A stretch of 42,108 bases of DNA from Candidatus Kapaibacterium sp. (GCA_046092945.1 JBJTEQ010000250.1:1-42108), one strand, 5' to 3'. Shown: positions 25,400-36,500, counted from the stretch's first letter. The notes: a model not told the origin generated them from the letters alone. A program made the numbers and translations.

Positions 25400-28300
25400 A
25401 TGAGACATCTGGTTACCATCCTGCTAATTGTCATCGGCGTCTTTTCGCTGAGTGCTCAGACTGCGCAGCGATGGAAGAAAGTTGCCCTCCCAAGCCCCTA
25501 CAACACGGGCTACTACCTCGATATCTACTTCCTGCCGTCGAACCCCAGTTTGGGATGGGCGTGCGATCAGTATCGCGGATACGTTGTCCGCACAACCGAT
25601 GGCGGCAACACATGGCAGGGAACAACGGTAACCGGTGGTGGTGGCTGTCACCTTGAATACATCCAGTTTCTTGATGCGAACGTGGGGTACTGCTCCGGTC
25701 CATGCGGGATGTTCAAATCCACGGATGGCGGTGCTACCTGGAGAAGCATTAAGCCGGCGGGTTCACCCTCGATGTGGGGTGGATGGTTTCGCTCAGCAAC
25801 AGAGGGCTGGTTTACTGGAGGGGGCTGCGGGTTCTCGACGTTTCTTCGCACTGATGATGGTGGTACAACATTCACGACTGTAACGGATACCACAGTTAAA
25901 CGGTCGGTTATGTCAGATCCATACTGGGCATCTGACATGGCACCAGGTGAAGTGTTTGCCATCGGGAGTGGAACGTTGTGGAGATCTGGTGATGATGGCC
26001 TGACGTGGGCCGTTCACGCGAATACCGGACTCAATTCACCATGGCACGAAGAACTCGCTATGGTGGGTCAGGCTGTGCTGATCCCAAACGCACAGCAGCG
26101 GTGCGCCTCCGGTTTTGCAGAGAGTCCGGGAATGAGATTCAGTCCGAACAGGGGGCAAACCTGGCGCGACTATGTTACAGGTGAACCGATGTATGGAACG
26201 TTTCTTCATGACACGCAACGAGGTTGGGCCTCAGGTGCGAATGAAGCGGTGTACTATACGTCTGATGCTGGCCAGACCTGGACGAAGAGGTCGTGCGGTC
26301 TTGACGGGGCTGATACGGACGACATCTTCTTTCTTGATGGCAACAACGGATGGGTTGTTGGTGAGGGTATCTTCCGGACAGCTCCGGCGCTGAGAACTCA
26401 GTCGGACTCGACTTTCCGATTCAGCTTTGTCTGTCCAGACTCAACAGGACGCGATACGGTTCGCGTGCGCAATGTCAATTGGTTTAGTTCTCCGATATCA
26501 GCCAGTATTATCGGTCCGGATGCGACGATGTTCAGCATCGCTAATGGTCCAATTCCGACATCAATCGGCTCCTGTGCTTTTCAGGACCTCATCGTTACAT
26601 ACCGACCAACAACACGCGGTGCTCACACTGCTACCCTTGCCGTGACGTTTCAGCAGCCCGACACGACGCTGTACGTTCAACTCGATGGGTCCCCTGCGGC
26701 ACCAACGGCCAATCCAAGTGATACGATCCTAACGTTCACCGGGCCGGTTGGGCAGCCCCTTAACAAGACGCTTACATGGCGCTCTTCTTCGTCAACACTC
26801 CTGGAGTCGATCGTCTCGATCTCCTATGCCAGTGGTGATTCTACTGTCTCAATGGCCGCAGCACGTTATCCCGAGATCGTGCGCTCGGACGTTACCCTTA
26901 CCTATATCAGCTGTGTGCCAAAAGATACCGGGTGGACGCAGACGCGATTCCGTGTTCGGCTCGGACCATGTCCACGAGACACCTTCATTACGGTGCGTAT
27001 CTATGGACTGTCTCCGATCATCACCACGGTAACCGGGACATTTGTTTCAGCAGCATGTAAGAAGAGCGACACTCTGCGGATCCCGATGTCCAACACCGGG
27101 AATGCCTTGCTGGAGATCTCCTCGCTCCGGATCGATAACACCGCGTCTTCTGCTTTCACTATTGTCGGCTTTACCAGCGGACGCAAGGGTACGCCGTGGA
27201 GAATATCCATAGGTGAAAGCGACACGCTGCTCATTGCTTACATACCTGATAAGGGGCGAGACAACACCACGCTTGAGATCATCAGCAACGATCTTACGCG
27301 TAAGAGAGGTGTGAAGTCGCCGTGGTACGTAAACCTGCAAGCATGGTCTGATAGACCTCGGTTGACAGTTGACAAGAAGATCATCAATGTTGGGTCTCTT
27401 TGTCTCGGATCGGTTGTCGAGCGCACCATCAACGTCACGAATGTTGGTTACGTACAAGCTACCATCTCGGCTTCGGTTACCTCCAAAAACGTAACGGTGC
27501 GGCCGACCACCAAGTCGGACGTCATTGGTGGGCAGACCAAACAGGTTGTCGTTGTCTGTGCACCAACAACGAGCGGGTCATTTACCGACACAGTGTTCGT
27601 GAGCGTAACACCTTGTGATACGGTGATACCGGTGATTGTTACAGGCATCGTTGAACAGCCGGAGATCGTCATCCGTCCTCCGGTCATAGCCGATTCAGGC
27701 AAGCCCAACGAAACACTGCGCGGACGTGCCGTGATCACACTGGCACAGGGAGACAGCGTACAGATCACAGAGATACGTGTTGCGCCCCTTCCGTCGCTGC
27801 TGAATTTCATTCTGCCGACGGTGCCACGCTTGCTGACGCGCAATGATAGTATCGTGGTCAACTTTACCTACAGTTCGCCGCTTCCGTCGGAGTACCGGGG
27901 AGTGATCGAGGTTGTCGGTGCAACGTCATGTACTACACGAACATCATCCGACATTCGGTTCTCGGTGATCAGCAACGAGGTGCAGATAACGCCCGACACG
28001 CTTGGTTGGGAGTATCAGTGCACGAAACGCGCTGATGTGCAGAAGATCTCTGTGTTTGCCAAGGGAAGTGTGCCGGTAACTGTGCTAAGTGCGCGACGCA
28101 GGAGTAGCAATGGACCATTTTTCATCACTGGTCCGGGCTTTCCACTTGTTGTGAATCCATCTGAAGTACGAACCATTTCCGTACTCTTCGATCCGCCGCA
28201 GCCGGGGGTATATGTCGACACCATCGACATACAGACAAATGTGCCAGGCGTCAACGTTGCCATTCCGGTGAAGGGGGCGTACCTGCTCTCAACCGTTGCT

Positions 28301-29638
28301 GCTGATCCGTCAACTGTTGATCTCGGTAACGCCTATATCTGCGAACCTGAACGCTCATTCACTGTGCGTCTTGTCAATACTGGTGACATGCGGCACTCTG
28401 TGCAGATTACGGCGAGTCCGGAGCTGAAGAACGCGAAGATCTCCCGGACGTCCGTGTCACTTCGGTCCGGTCAGTCAGACAGCGTTGATGTTCAGATTCA
28501 GCCCGGTGACTTCCCGCCGAATACGAGAGTTGCCGGAAGGATCTTCATCGAAGAAGTTGTTTGCCGACAGAAGGATACGGTCTTCGTCAATATGCTTGTC
28601 CTTGGTCCGGCAGCTCCGCTCCTTACTCCAGACCCGCTTGATGTTGGAGTAGTCACTGTCGGTGGACGCGCCGTTGGGTCGGTCACGATCGAGAACCCGT
28701 CATCTGATACGATGTCGATTATCCGCGCACGTATCGAACCTCCGCTGCCGGAGTGGACGCTGACGACGCCGCTCAATGGGCAGCGAATAGCCCCCTCGGG
28801 AAGCATCATTGCCGACTTTGAGTGTGTTCCGACTGCAGCTGGACGGAGCTCCACACGGCTGGTCGTGGAGACGAATGCCGGCTGTGCCGACACCACAACA
28901 TCGGTGATCACGGGTCAGGGACGCGATCCGAAGGTACCGATCACGTACCGCATCCCCCTTCGTGTAAACGAATACACGGTGGGTCCGGAGGATACGCTCG
29001 ACATTCCCGTGTATCTCGATGCGAATGTTCGTGACGCGATGCTGGATAGTCTTGCGTGGACGCTTCGCTACACGCCGGTCAATTTGACAATTGATTCGGT
29101 CATGACGGGATCCGCGCTTGACGTCTCGACCACTGCTGATCTGCAGCCCGGCGCTGTGCGTTTTCATTCGTACCGCGCTGGCGCGTCTTTCGGCGGTACT
29201 GGTTCCCTCGTCATCCTGCGCTGCCGTGCTCACTCGGCGATTCCCGACAGCACGCCATTGCTGTTAACCGACATGAAGGCGTGGGCTGCTGAGCAAACCG
29301 TAATGGACCATGATGATGGCTTCGTGATCGTAGATGCATGCGGTCCGCGCTTCCTGATCGACCTTATGGCGAAGTCCAGATTTGCCATCCAGCCGCCCCT
29401 TCCCATCACATCGTACACGCTGCCGATCCGCGTCGAAGCGGAGAATGATGACGTCATGGACATTCGCGTAGTCGATGCACTGGGTCAGGTCGTGGCATCA
29501 TTCATGCGCGTGCATGTTGGCAAGGGGCTTTCCACGCACCAGTTCGATATCGCAAATCTTGCAGCTGGATCATACAGCGTAGTGATCCAGTCGAACTCCC
29601 GCGGAGCGTTTACTTCGACGGTACCGATTGTTCGGTGA
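25400..29638 (+). CDS. Giant (1412 aa) T9SS cargo: BNR/Ycf48-like beta-propeller, then ~8 ASH/HYDIN-type (choice-of-anchor-D-like) beta-sandwich domains, then a cohesin-like domain, then a T9SS C-terminal domain
   Basis: Signal MRHLVTILLIVIGVFSLSAQ. Six BNR-like motifs (TTDGGNTWQ, STDGGATWR, RTDDGGTTF, SGDDGLTWA, SPNRGQTWR, TSDAGQTWT) at ~25470..26390. Repeated ~100-aa modules with the pattern 'L.f..v..G......v.v.N.G...l.i' at ~26400..28920. Cohesin-like IPLRVNEYTVGPEDTLDIPVYLDAN...GSLVILRCRA at ~28920..29330. Tail ...AAGSYSVVIQSNSRGAFTSTVPIVR. The ORF-track 5' extension (25193) overlaps purA and was trimmed. Confidence 0.75.
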   Translation: MRHLVTILLIVIGVFSLSAQTAQRWKKVALPSPYNTGYYLDIYFLPSNPSLGWACDQYRGYVVRTTDGGNTWQGTTVTGGGGCHLEYIQFLDANVGYCSGPCGMFKSTDGGATWRSIKPAGSPSMWGGWFRSATEGWFTGGGCGFSTFLRTDDGGTTFTTVTDTTVKRSVMSDPYWASDMAPGEVFAIGSGTLWRSGDDGLTWAVHANTGLNSPWHEELAMVGQAVLIPNAQQRCASGFAESPGMRFSPNRGQTWRDYVTGEPMYGTFLHDTQRGWASGANEAVYYTSDAGQTWTKRSCGLDGADTDDIFFLDGNNGWVVGEGIFRTAPALRTQSDSTFRFSFVCPDSTGRDTVRVRNVNWFSSPISASIIGPDATMFSIANGPIPTSIGSCAFQDLIVTYRPTTRGAHTATLAVTFQQPDTTLYVQLDGSPAAPTANPSDTILTFTGPVGQPLNKTLTWRSSSSTLLESIVSISYASGDSTVSMAAARYPEIVRSDVTLTYISCVPKDTGWTQTRFRVRLGPCPRDTFITVRIYGLSPIITTVTGTFVSAACKKSDTLRIPMSNTGNALLEISSLRIDNTASSAFTIVGFTSGRKGTPWRISIGESDTLLIAYIPDKGRDNTTLEIISNDLTRKRGVKSPWYVNLQAWSDRPRLTVDKKIINVGSLCLGSVVERTINVTNVGYVQATISASVTSKNVTVRPTTKSDVIGGQTKQVVVVCAPTTSGSFTDTVFVSVTPCDTVIPVIVTGIVEQPEIVIRPPVIADSGKPNETLRGRAVITLAQGDSVQITEIRVAPLPSLLNFILPTVPRLLTRNDSIVVNFTYSSPLPSEYRGVIEVVGATSCTTRTSSDIRFSVISNEVQITPDTLGWEYQCTKRADVQKISVFAKGSVPVTVLSARRRSSNGPFFITGPGFPLVVNPSEVRTISVLFDPPQPGVYVDTIDIQTNVPGVNVAIPVKGAYLLSTVAADPSTVDLGNAYICEPERSFTVRLVNTGDMRHSVQITASPELKNAKISRTSVSLRSGQSDSVDVQIQPGDFPPNTRVAGRIFIEEVVCRQKDTVFVNMLVLGPAAPLLTPDPLDVGVVTVGGRAVGSVTIENPSSDTMSIIRARIEPPLPEWTLTTPLNGQRIAPSGSIIADFECVPTAAGRSSTRLVVETNAGCADTTTSVITGQGRDPKVPITYRIPLRVNEYTVGPEDTLDIPVYLDANVRDAMLDSLAWTLRYTPVNLTIDSVMTGSALDVSTTADLQPGAVRFHSYRAGASFGGTGSLVILRCRAHSAIPDSTPLLLTDMKAWAAEQTVMDHDDGFVIVDACGPRFLIDLMAKSRFAIQPPLPITSYTLPIRVEAENDDVMDIRVVDALGQVVASFMRVHVGKGLSTHQFDIANLAAGSYSVVIQSNSRGAFTSTVPIVR

Positions 29639-30689
29639 TCGTTCCGAAGATCTCACGCAGACACGCCCGAACGCCATCCTGAAGGGCAAGCTTCGAGTCC
29701 ACAGGCACAACAGCCGAGCCGGACTTCATGGTCTTTAACGATCCGTTTGCCTCGATTGACTGTAGAAACAACGTTAGCCGTGCGCCATCAGCAATACGTT
29801 CGTAACGGCCGGTCAGGATGTGTGAAATATCGAAAGCCCTAAGGATCTTCAACTCGTGGAGAGTTACGCTGTTGTAGTTCTCCACAAAGTAGAGGCCGTC
29901 TTTCACATACATCGAATCCCGCGAGACATCATCGATGATCGTGTAGTTATCGCGGTAGCGGAGCGCAGCAATACACGTCTGCATGATATCAAACGAAGCG
30001 GCGATCTTCTCCTTGAACGTCGACCACGTCACATAGTTGTCAGGGGGCGGTGCAAAGTAGATTCCGCCCATCGACAGGAGCGATGTTGGTCGTGCGCGCA
30101 CACCCTCGTCAGCCGCGGCATACAGATTTGAGTCGCGCAATGCCGTGCAGAGTGCCCGCTGCATCGAACTCAAAATTGCAGGGTCATACAGCATGCCGCC
30201 GGTAGAGTCGGACTTGAGGTACGTTACACCATACCCAACCCCGCTTGTCGTGAACGTGAACCCCTCGCCCCCTGCGATCACGATCTCCGATCGCACAAGA
30301 TTTCCAACTCGGGCCACCGAGCAGAACGCGATGAGCTCTGCCTTGAGTGAGTCGGCAACGCGCTGGTAGGTTGCCGAGTCGCGGATGCGGGATGCCATGG
30401 CGTCACGGACGTCCATGGGGATGACGGAGTACTGCTTTGAGAGTTCAAAGGCAAGGGACAGGCCGGCGAACAGCATCGGCGGCTGCAGAGAAGAGTCGGT
30501 GGTGTCATACTTGACGCTGGCAACCATCACGCGCTGCACTTGCGCCGAAGTAGTTCCGAATAGCACGCCGCACAGCGCAACTACCAAAACGGGGCGCAGA
30601 ATCCAATGTAACGGACTGGTAACACTGGCGTAACACCCACCTAACAGGGTGCCGATAGTTTCGCGGACGTTCGTTCTGTTCTCGTTCAT
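29610..30689 (-). CDS. Secreted/periplasmic protein of unknown function (two tandem alpha/beta modules, possibly TolB-N/LpoB-like)
   Basis: Hydrophobic signal-like segment ILRPVLVVALCGVLFGTTSAQ. Two halves each end in a pattern like '...ILTGRYERIADGARLTLFLQSIEANG', seen in TolB_N/LpoB-type folds (weak, by eye). The start is uncertain: ATG 30689 or TTG 30587. The 3' end overlaps the convergent gene by 29 nt. Confidence 0.5.
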   Translation of the reverse strand: MNENRTNVRETIGTLLGGCYASVTSPLHWILRPVLVVALCGVLFGTTSAQVQRVMVASVKYDTTDSSLQPPMLFAGLSLAFELSKQYSVIPMDVRDAMASRIRDSATYQRVADSLKAELIAFCSVARVGNLVRSEIVIAGGEGFTFTTSGVGYGVTYLKSDSTGGMLYDPAILSSMQRALCTALRDSNLYAAADEGVRARPTSLLSMGGIYFAPPPDNYVTWSTFKEKIAASFDIMQTCIAALRYRDNYTIIDDVSRDSMYVKDGLYFVENYNSVTLHELKILRAFDISHILTGRYERIADGARLTLFLQSIEANGSLKTMKSGSAVVPVDSKLALQDGVRACLREIFGTITEQSVPSK

Positions 30690-30705
30690 GAGGTCGATTC
30701 TTTCT

Positions 30706-33534
30706 ATGAAAACTCTTCTGCTGGCCATCCTTATGGCCACCTCGTTCTCCGCCGTAATGGCCCAGAATGGGGTCATCGAAGGCAAAGTTAGCGATGCCAC
30801 AACTGGCGAAGTCCTTCGTCAGGCAACCGTGGCTGTTGTCAATGCGAAACGTGGCTCCTACACGGATACGAAAGGGGCTTACCGCATCAAGAAGCTTGAT
30901 GCGGGGACTTACTCCCTCAAGGTCACATACGTCGGGTATGACGCGAAAATCGTCGAAGGCGTGCAGGTCACTCCCGATGGTATCACAACACTCGACATTC
31001 TCCTGCAGCCGACGGTGCAGTCCGGCAAGGAGATCGTGATCTCAGCAACGCGGATCAATGACAATGCCGCCGCACTTCTGCTGCAACGCAAGAACGCAGC
31101 ACAGGTGAGCGATGGCGTTGGTCGCGAAGAGATGTCGAAGCTACCGGACAGCGATGCTGGACAGGCACTGAAGCGGGTGTCCGGAGTGACTCTTCTCGAT
31201 GGTAAGTATGTCTATGTGCGTGGTGTGAGCGATCGATATAGCAACACAACTCTGAACGGTGCTGCACTGACCTCTACCGAACCAGATCGTAAGGCATTTG
31301 CCTTCGACATGTTCCCGACGGAACTGCTGGAGAATGCCAATGTCGTGAAGTCCTTCACGCCCGACCTGCCGGGCAACTTTGCCGGTGGACTTGTCCAGTT
31401 GAACACTGTCGACTTTCCATCAAGTACTGGACTGAAGGTATCCGCATCACAGGGGTTCAATGACTTTGTGACGTTCAAAGACAATGCGTTCTTCCAGACT
31501 GGTAATGTAGCCGGAGACAACTTTGCGATGGGTGCAACTGGACGCTCCATCCCGGTGGGCTTTCCACAAAACCGACTGGAAATGAATCAGCTCTTGCGAG
31601 ATGTTCGTTCAGGCAACGCTGATGCGATAGCGAAGATGGACGGATTCGGGAAGGACTTCAATAACGTTAACTGGGCCAGTACAGCATCCACGGCTACACC
31701 TAACGGTGGGCTCTCACTAACGTACACGAACATCATTCCCATCGACGACGCGCAGGAAGTCGGTTTCGTCGCCTCGGCGAATTATGGAACGTCGTGGCAG
31801 AACAACGTGATAACGCGCGCTGGAGTTCTGTCGAATCCTGAGGACTTCCTTTTCAAGTTCGATGGCGTTCAGTCAACCCGATCGGTCTCCTGGGGTGGAC
31901 TGTTCAACATTGCCTATCGCGTGGGCAGTGGCGGACGTATAAGCTTCAAGAATGCCTACAATCGTTCAGCCGACTTCGAAAATGTAGCGCTCAGCGGCAC
32001 CAACTTTGCTCAGTCGCAGGCTCAGAGACTCTTCTCCTTCCAGTACGTAGAAAAGCAACTGTATTCCGGTGCACTCACAGGCGAGCACAATCTAAGTGCG
32101 CTTGGCAACTCGCTGGTGGACTGGAAGCTCGGATATTCGAACTCTACACGATCGGAGCCCGATTTCCGACGTCTGCAGTTTCTTCGAGATGCATTCGATC
32201 CGAACCAGCCATACACGGCAGCATTTGATCTGTCTCCCCAAGGCGCTGGGTCGCGAGCCGGTCGGTTCTTCTCAGAACTCGACGATCATGCCATTAGCGG
32301 CTCGGTGAACGTTACTGTACCCGTTACAACCTCTATCAAGGTAAAGTTTGGTAGTCTGTTTGAGAACCGTTCGCGGACCTTCAATGCGCGCTCACTGACG
32401 ATCGTTCAGGGGGCTGAGAACGACATCTCCGGCAATCTCACCATTACTGATGCGGAGAAGTATCCCGATCTCGGCAAGTTCTTTGCCGACAGCAACTTCA
32501 GCGTTGAAAGGCAGCGGCTGAGCTATTCGGAGGATTCGAAGCTCAGTGATCAGTACGACGCTTTGGAAAATCTCGTTGCAGGTTATCTGATGGTTGACCT
32601 TCCATTTGAGATTGCAGGTCTTGATGGTCGACTTGTCACCGGTGCGCGGGTCGAGAAGAACATACAGCTGCTTAACTCATTTACGGTCACGGATGATCGT
32701 GTCAATGTCTATCGTGATCTGGTTGATATCCTGCCGGCATTCAATCTCATTCTCCGTCCCCTTGACAATCTCAACATCCGTACATCGGCGTCGCAGACGC
32801 TTGCGCGGCCATCGCTTCGCGAGTTCGCCCCCTTCCAGTTCTATGATTTTGGTATGCAGGCTACTGTATCCGGCAACCCGAATCTGGTGCGCGCTCTCAT
32901 TAAGAACTATGATCTCCGTGTTGAGTATTTCCCGTCATCCGGCGAAGTTCTCTCAGCAAGTTTCTTTTACAAGCGATTTGATAATGCAATCGAAGAGACA
33001 CTGTTTCCTCAGCAGTCAGAACTTGTTCGTTCGTACGCAAATGCAAGTGGTCCCGCAAACAACCTAGGAGTGGAGATTGAGCTACGGAAGTCTCTCGGCT
33101 TCATCGGCTCTTCGATGCGTGACTTCATGTTCTCGCTGAATGCGGCCTTTATTGACTCACGAATCGTTGTTCAGCAGGCTGGTGTAGATGATGAGCGCTC
33201 TATGTGGGGACAGAGCCCCTACACCATAAACACCACGCTGTCGTACTTCAACCCATCAACACGCACGGCCGTTACGCTTGCCTACAACACGTATGGCCGC
33301 CGCATCATCCAGGTAAATCTCGTCGGTGTGTTCCAGGGTGACCCCCACGTGTATGAACTGCCACGTCATGTCGTCGATTTCTCTGTAATCCAACCGATCG
33401 GCAATGCTCTCGAACTCAAGTTGAGTATCCGCGATCTGCTGAATCAGCCGCTCAAATGGGAGCAAAATGGTGCTCTCATTCAATCCAACATCCGTGGCAT
33501 GGGCATTAGCCTGGGTCTCGGCTATCGAATGTAA
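30706..33534 (+). CDS. TonB-dependent outer-membrane receptor with N-terminal carboxypeptidase-regulatory-like domain
   Basis: Signal MKTLLLAILMATSFSAVMAQ (alternative ATG at 30688). CarbopepD_reg-like GVIEGKVSDATTGEVL...TYSLKVTYVGYD. TonB-box-like KEIVISATRI. Plug DAGQALKRVSGVTLLDGKYVYVRGVSDRYSNTTLNG. Long beta-barrel ending GISLGLGYRM. Confidence 0.85.
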   Translation: MKTLLLAILMATSFSAVMAQNGVIEGKVSDATTGEVLRQATVAVVNAKRGSYTDTKGAYRIKKLDAGTYSLKVTYVGYDAKIVEGVQVTPDGITTLDILLQPTVQSGKEIVISATRINDNAAALLLQRKNAAQVSDGVGREEMSKLPDSDAGQALKRVSGVTLLDGKYVYVRGVSDRYSNTTLNGAALTSTEPDRKAFAFDMFPTELLENANVVKSFTPDLPGNFAGGLVQLNTVDFPSSTGLKVSASQGFNDFVTFKDNAFFQTGNVAGDNFAMGATGRSIPVGFPQNRLEMNQLLRDVRSGNADAIAKMDGFGKDFNNVNWASTASTATPNGGLSLTYTNIIPIDDAQEVGFVASANYGTSWQNNVITRAGVLSNPEDFLFKFDGVQSTRSVSWGGLFNIAYRVGSGGRISFKNAYNRSADFENVALSGTNFAQSQAQRLFSFQYVEKQLYSGALTGEHNLSALGNSLVDWKLGYSNSTRSEPDFRRLQFLRDAFDPNQPYTAAFDLSPQGAGSRAGRFFSELDDHAISGSVNVTVPVTTSIKVKFGSLFENRSRTFNARSLTIVQGAENDISGNLTITDAEKYPDLGKFFADSNFSVERQRLSYSEDSKLSDQYDALENLVAGYLMVDLPFEIAGLDGRLVTGARVEKNIQLLNSFTVTDDRVNVYRDLVDILPAFNLILRPLDNLNIRTSASQTLARPSLREFAPFQFYDFGMQATVSGNPNLVRALIKNYDLRVEYFPSSGEVLSASFFYKRFDNAIEETLFPQQSELVRSYANASGPANNLGVEIELRKSLGFIGSSMRDFMFSLNAAFIDSRIVVQQAGVDDERSMWGQSPYTINTTLSYFNPSTRTAVTLAYNTYGRRIIQVNLVGVFQGDPHVYELPRHVVDFSVIQPIGNALELKLSIRDLLNQPLKWEQNGALIQSNIRGMGISLGLGYRM

Positions 33535-33563
33535 TCTCGATCAATAATCAATTGGAGTTCTCC

Positions 33564-36500
33564 ATGCGTCTGCTTGTTTCACTTTTTGTCGCTGCACTAT
33601 GCCTCGTTGGCAGTGCGTTGGCTCAGAACCCGTCGTCGTGTACGATCCGCTACCCAAATGGTGGTGAGATCTTTCGTCCAGGCACCACGCAGGAGCTCCG
33701 CTGGGATACCGCTGGTACCTTTCGCTCACGGTGGCGTTTCAAGTTTGGCACAACTCCGGCTGGACCATGGACCACTCTGACTGGGGTTTCGAATGTTCTT
33801 GACTCCGGTGCTACTCGTGGTCAGTCGGTTCCGACCGGCGGCGGATGGCGTGTACCCAATGTGGCGACGACATCAGGTTATCTCCGTATGGAGCTCATTG
33901 CCGACAGTAATGGCGTCTTTGATATTACCGACAACCCGTTCACGATCGAAGAGCCGCGTGTTGTTCAGCCCGACTCTGTTTTGAGCGGTGAGATCACACG
34001 CTCGATCACACTTCGCTCAACGAAAGTCTATGGTCTGAGCGGCTATGTGTACGTGAACAACGGGGTAACACTCACTGTCGAACCGGGCACAATCATTGTC
34101 GGAGATATCCCGGGTGCAAACTCCGCTATTGTTATCAATCGTGGTGGTAAGCTTATCGCCGATGGTACCCGTCAGAAGCCGATCGTGTTTACTTCACGTG
34201 CCGCTCCGGGTCAACGTGCCCGTGGTGACTGGGGTGGTATCCTGATCTGTGGCAAGGCACGTGTTAATCAACCAGCTGGTCAGGCTGCTCTTGAAGGCGG
34301 CGTTGCCGATCAGGCGGCAGGTGGCAAGGGATGGTACGGCGGAACTGAGGACGATGATAACAGCGGCATTCTGCGCTACGTCCGTATTGAGTTTGCTGGT
34401 ATTGCAACTCAGCCTAACTCCGAGCTGAACTCACTCACAATGGGTGGCGTAGGGCGCGGTACAACAATCGAATATGTGCAATGCTCCCATGGTAATGATG
34501 ATGCCTTCGAGTGGTTCGGTGGAACGGTGAATGGCAAATATCTGATTGCCTATGGTACACTTGATGATGACTTTGACTGTGACAACGGTTTTTCCGGCCG
34601 CGTTCAATTCGGTCTCATCAAGCGCTTCCGTACAGTTGCCGACGTATCTACATCACAGGCATTCGAGATCGATAATGATGCGACAAGTTCCTTCAACAAT
34701 CCATTCACTCGTGCAGTCTTTTCGAATGTCACAGTGATCGGCCCGCTTCAAGACACATCATGGACCGCAGGTAGCGGTGTGAACCAATACAGCACTCGCT
34801 ATGGTGCTGCCGGACAGATTCGCCGCAATGCCCGTGCGAGTATCTTCAATTCGGTCTTCGTGGGTTGGCCGCGCGGTTTTGAAATTGCTCAGGCTCCTAC
34901 TATGGTGGCGGCCAATGGAGACTCGCTGATGGTTCGCAACAACAGCTGGTTTGGTGTGAAGGGGGCTGTATTAACCCTGGCTGGTGGTACTCCACCCGCA
35001 GGCATGGACGCAAACTGGTTATCGAAGCAGGGTTTTTCAAACGAGGTAGATCGTGGTAACCCGAACAACGCATTCATTGTGAATGCGTGGCCGAACGACA
35101 ACTCATTCGATCCACGCCCACAGGCCGTTGCTTCGTATCTGACAACCGGCAGCTTCGACAATGGGTCAGCACTAGTTGCAATCAATGACCCTTACTTCCA
35201 GCGTGTTTCCTACCGTGGTGCATTTGATGCAACAGGAGCACGTTGGGACGACGGCTGGGCAGAATACGATCCTGTCAATCGTGAGTATCGTGCACAACCA
35301 CTTGTTCGTTTGACCGCTCCAGGAACGGCAGCAGGCGAGAAGTACCAGCAAGCACAGAAGATCAGCATCACGTGGGACACCTCGGGAGCTGCTGGTAATG
35401 TGTTCCGCTTTGAGTTCGGTACTTCTGCAAACGGTCCATGGCAGCCGATCGCAGGAGCCGAAAGCGTAACAGATGCCGGTGCTACGCGTGGCGTTCTCAA
35501 GGACGGATTCACGACTCCGAACATCGTTACAGCAAGCGGGTACATTCGCATGACCCTTGTTAGTGATCCATCCGTGTTTGATGTTTCGGACTTCCCGTTC
35601 GCCATCGAAGCGCCTGTTGTAGTTGAACCAACGGTTCGTCTGATTGAACCAGGTGGAAACAACAAAGTTTTCCGCGTTGGGCAATCTGTAGACGTGCGCT
35701 GGGATACAACGAACACATTCCGCCGTCGCTGGCGCTTTGAGTATGGGAAGAGCACAGATGGTCCATGGAAGACCATTGCCAGCCTGACGAATGTACTGGA
35801 TAGTGCAACTCGCAGAGGCGTATTTGCCGGTGGTATTGTCTTCCGTCCGGAAGACCAGACAAAGACCGGTTACGTCAAGATGACACTTTTGAGCGATACA
35901 ACGAAGTTTGATATCAACGACCAGCCGTTCGAAGTTGTCGCTCCTGCGCCGATCAAGGTAGACTCGGTTCTCGAAGGCGAAATCACCGGTCGAGTGAGGC
36001 TTGTCAACACCAAGATCTACGGTCTAAAGGGCTATGTCTACGTCAACGATGGTGCCACTCTTGAAGTTGAAAAGGGTACGATTGTTGTTGGTGACGAGGT
36101 AGGTAACAACTCGGCACTTGTGATCAACCGCGGTGGAAAGATCATTGCTGGAGGCACGGCTCAGGACCCGATCATCTTTACGTCACGCGCAGTACCTGGT
36201 CAGCGTGCTCGTGGTGACTGGGGTGGTATCCTGATCTGTGGTAAGGCGCGCATCAATCAGCCAGCCGGACAGGCTGCGCTTGAAGGGGGCGTTGCATCTC
36301 AGACTACGGGTGGTAAGGGTTGGTATGGTGGAACGGACGACGATGACAACAGCGGCATTCTGAAGTACGTCCGCATCGAGTTCGCCGGCATTGCTACGCA
36401 GCCGAACTCTGAGCTAAACTCTCTTACGATGGGAGGCGTCGGCCGTGGAACAACGATCGAGTATGTACAGGTGTCGTATGGAAACGACGACGGTTTCGAG

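Noticed and set aside
35172-35862. Minus-strand ORFs of 170, 188 and 100 aa inside the duplicated T9SS gene
   Set aside because: They are antisense to a frame with strong internal repeat conservation, and their own translations are not conserved between the two duplicated copies.
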